DNA of 64,000 bases. Source: Antedon mediterranea (taxonomy: Eukaryota; Animalia; Echinodermata). The position numbers and the translations under genes were made by a program. Of the stretch, positions 62,183 through 64,000 are shown in pieces. Below the pieces are notes generated by a model. The model made no database searches. It worked only from the letters and a program-made list of their open reading frames with translations, and was not told the DNA's origin. Location: the NCBI RefSeq assembly GCF_964355755.1, contig NC_092675.1, positions 7,621,812 through 7,685,811 of the forward strand, given 5' to 3'. Numbering within the stretch: the stretch's first letter is position 1; every line of letters begins with the position of its first letter.

Positions 62183-63119
62183 TGGACACACTACTAAAAG
62201 CTTACGGTTGAGGGAAATTAAAGTCAGTGATGTAATTGAAGTAGTTGTAGTTTAAATAGTAAAGTTAATCTGCAAGTACTGTAGCATTGTTACATAAAAA
62301 ACGCATTTCTGCTGCAACTTTCTTCCCAAATAGTCCATGTTTTGTAGCCCAAAAATATTAAGGGATATGTGGTTTATCAAGCAATCAAAGGTAGCTGGTT
62401 ATTGGAATTTTCCAAAAATGTGTAATTCATATATTACTAATTAAAAGTATGTATTGCTTCGCATCAAGCTACGCTAGGTTAAGCCTACTTCTTTATTAGA
62501 TTGTACAAACATTTTTTGGCCAAGAAACTGGAGTTGATTCACATATTTTTCTGCATTTATTCTACTGTAGGTGAAATTTGACTCGAACAAACTTTAGCTA
62601 GTTGAGTTCTTGCAAAAATTACATCTACGCACAGCATGATACTACTTAATTGAAAATTTTATTGGCTTGCAAAGGATATTAACTTTCAAATGAGGCATGA
62701 CAAAATAAATATAAGATTTGCATCCATAGGGCCTGTTTCTGCATTATGCAGAATAACCATTCATTTGAGAATAGATTAAAATAAAATTGATATACATACT
62801 ACTTACTTACATGTACTTTTGGTATATTATTTGTGCTCCAAAAAAAAATCCCAAAATATAATGTGCAGGTAGTGATCAAATAGTATAGATGCTATGGTAT
62901 AGAACTAGAGTTCTACAGTTATTTTGTACTGCAACTAAAAAAGTTGCAGAGCAAAAAAATTAGTTAAATGATGTTGCAACGATAGTCCAGTCAATCTAGC
63001 AAATATAAGGGGGTGACCCACCACTAATTGCAAAAGAATTTATTTCACTGCAGTGCATTTCAGCATGGCTCCCTAATCAACATACTAAAAGTCCCCAAAA
63101 ATCTAAGCATGGGAAATTT

Positions 63120-63690
63120 GCTAATTTGCATAATATGCAAATTAGCTTCCGCCATTAGAAAAAAATCAAAATATTGCCATAACTTTGGATTGGACTGTCC
63201 AATTGAAACAAATTAAGTGTTCAAAGGTATGTTGTCATGGTCAGTGAACAAGATAAACATACTTTTAAATTAATTATTTGATTCTAATTTGCATAATATG
63301 CAAATTAGTTATTGAAATTGTGTAAAACAGATCAGAATTATGCTAAAACTTTAGTTTGGATGGTCTGATTTAAACAATTAAATGTTCAGAAGTATTAATG
63401 ACCAATTACCATGATAGCCATACTTTTATTTCAATTCAGTATAATGCATATAATTTACATAATATGCAAATTAGCTCATAAATAGAAGTACCTTTATTCT
63501 GGGTATAAACATTAGACTGGAAGCACCTAACTAAATAAGCAAGTACCGGTAAGGTTTTGGCAGAAAATATAAATGAACTAGAAGTCATATATCAGAAAGT
63601 CAGCAAAAGTATTCATAATATATAAACAAGACAGTCATACCCTTAATCAAATTACAGTTTATGAATATTTACAAAATATGCAAATTACCA
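63120..63690. repeat. Degenerate repeat carrying four palindromic double-octamer motifs
   Basis: GCTAATTTGCATA-A-TATGCAAATTAGC at 63120-63146; variants at about 63284, 63450 and 63664. Confidence 0.7.
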
Positions 63691-64000
63691 ATAGACTGGA
63701 TACACAAATACACAACAAACAAGTGGGGTTTTCCTGAATACATGAACCATATAAAAAAGTCATCACATCTATGTGTGAATATTGTACATCATGAATTTCA
63801 GGTTTTACCATACACTGCATCCAGATTGTTAGGAATCAGTTATAAAAATCATTTTGGAACATTTCATAGAATGATGGGACTCATTGCCACTTTTACACCA
63901 GAAAAATGTCTACATAAACCTGTACCTAGAATGTCAGTTACAACATCATCAAAGTAGGCAGGATTAACATCAAAACTTTCAAATCCCAGCACACAGGACT

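Noticed and set aside
60956-62255. Cys/His-rich ORFs (DATYCHRDIFV, VAVCSIHKDVP) resembling zinc fingers
   Set aside because: Read-through of the 33-bp array in several frames, with recurrent 5-bp frameshifting insertions
62277-62990. Possible 700-bp DNA transposon with degenerate TIRs (ctgcaacttt / aaagttgcag)
   Set aside because: Inverted similarity too weak and no TSD identifiable by eye
54863-64000. Upstream PDE GAF-A exon (expected GIxGxVA...NIxDAY)
   Set aside because: Not found by eye; probably beyond the right edge, although a short exon could have been missed

Overview
AT-rich eukaryotic (metazoan) genomic DNA, not prokaryotic. The repeat landscape (Deu/Nin-domain SINEs, 5S-derived pieces, Rex1/L2/CR1 LINE remnants, Penelope-type hammerheads, Harbinger- and pogo-type MITEs) suggests a marine invertebrate, possibly an echinoderm (inference only). 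One gene dominates: 18 phase-consistent GT-AG coding exons on the minus strand (54862 down to stop TAA at 7129-7131; 1899 nt, 632 aa). They encode the end of GAF-A, all of GAF-B and the full catalytic domain of a PDE5/PDE6/PDE11-clade cyclic-nucleotide phosphodiesterase. I found no further 5' exon in the window. Most ORFs in the supplied track are chance ORFs or read-through of tandem repeats; a few overlap real exons. The introns hold at least four MITE families, SINEs, LINE 3' ends, a Merlin/IS1595-like transposase relic and about seven tandem arrays. Best second-look items: two Penelope-type minimal hammerhead ribozyme motifs (one in the sense strand of the PDE pre-mRNA), a 99-bp satellite and a 17-bp minisatellite apparently born from a pogo-type MITE, a CAG-ended element with a 5-bp target duplication inside a higher-order 33-bp array, a LINE tail nested in a MITE, and possible antisense exons in the 16-kb intron. 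I see no firm evidence for a wholly new biological system.
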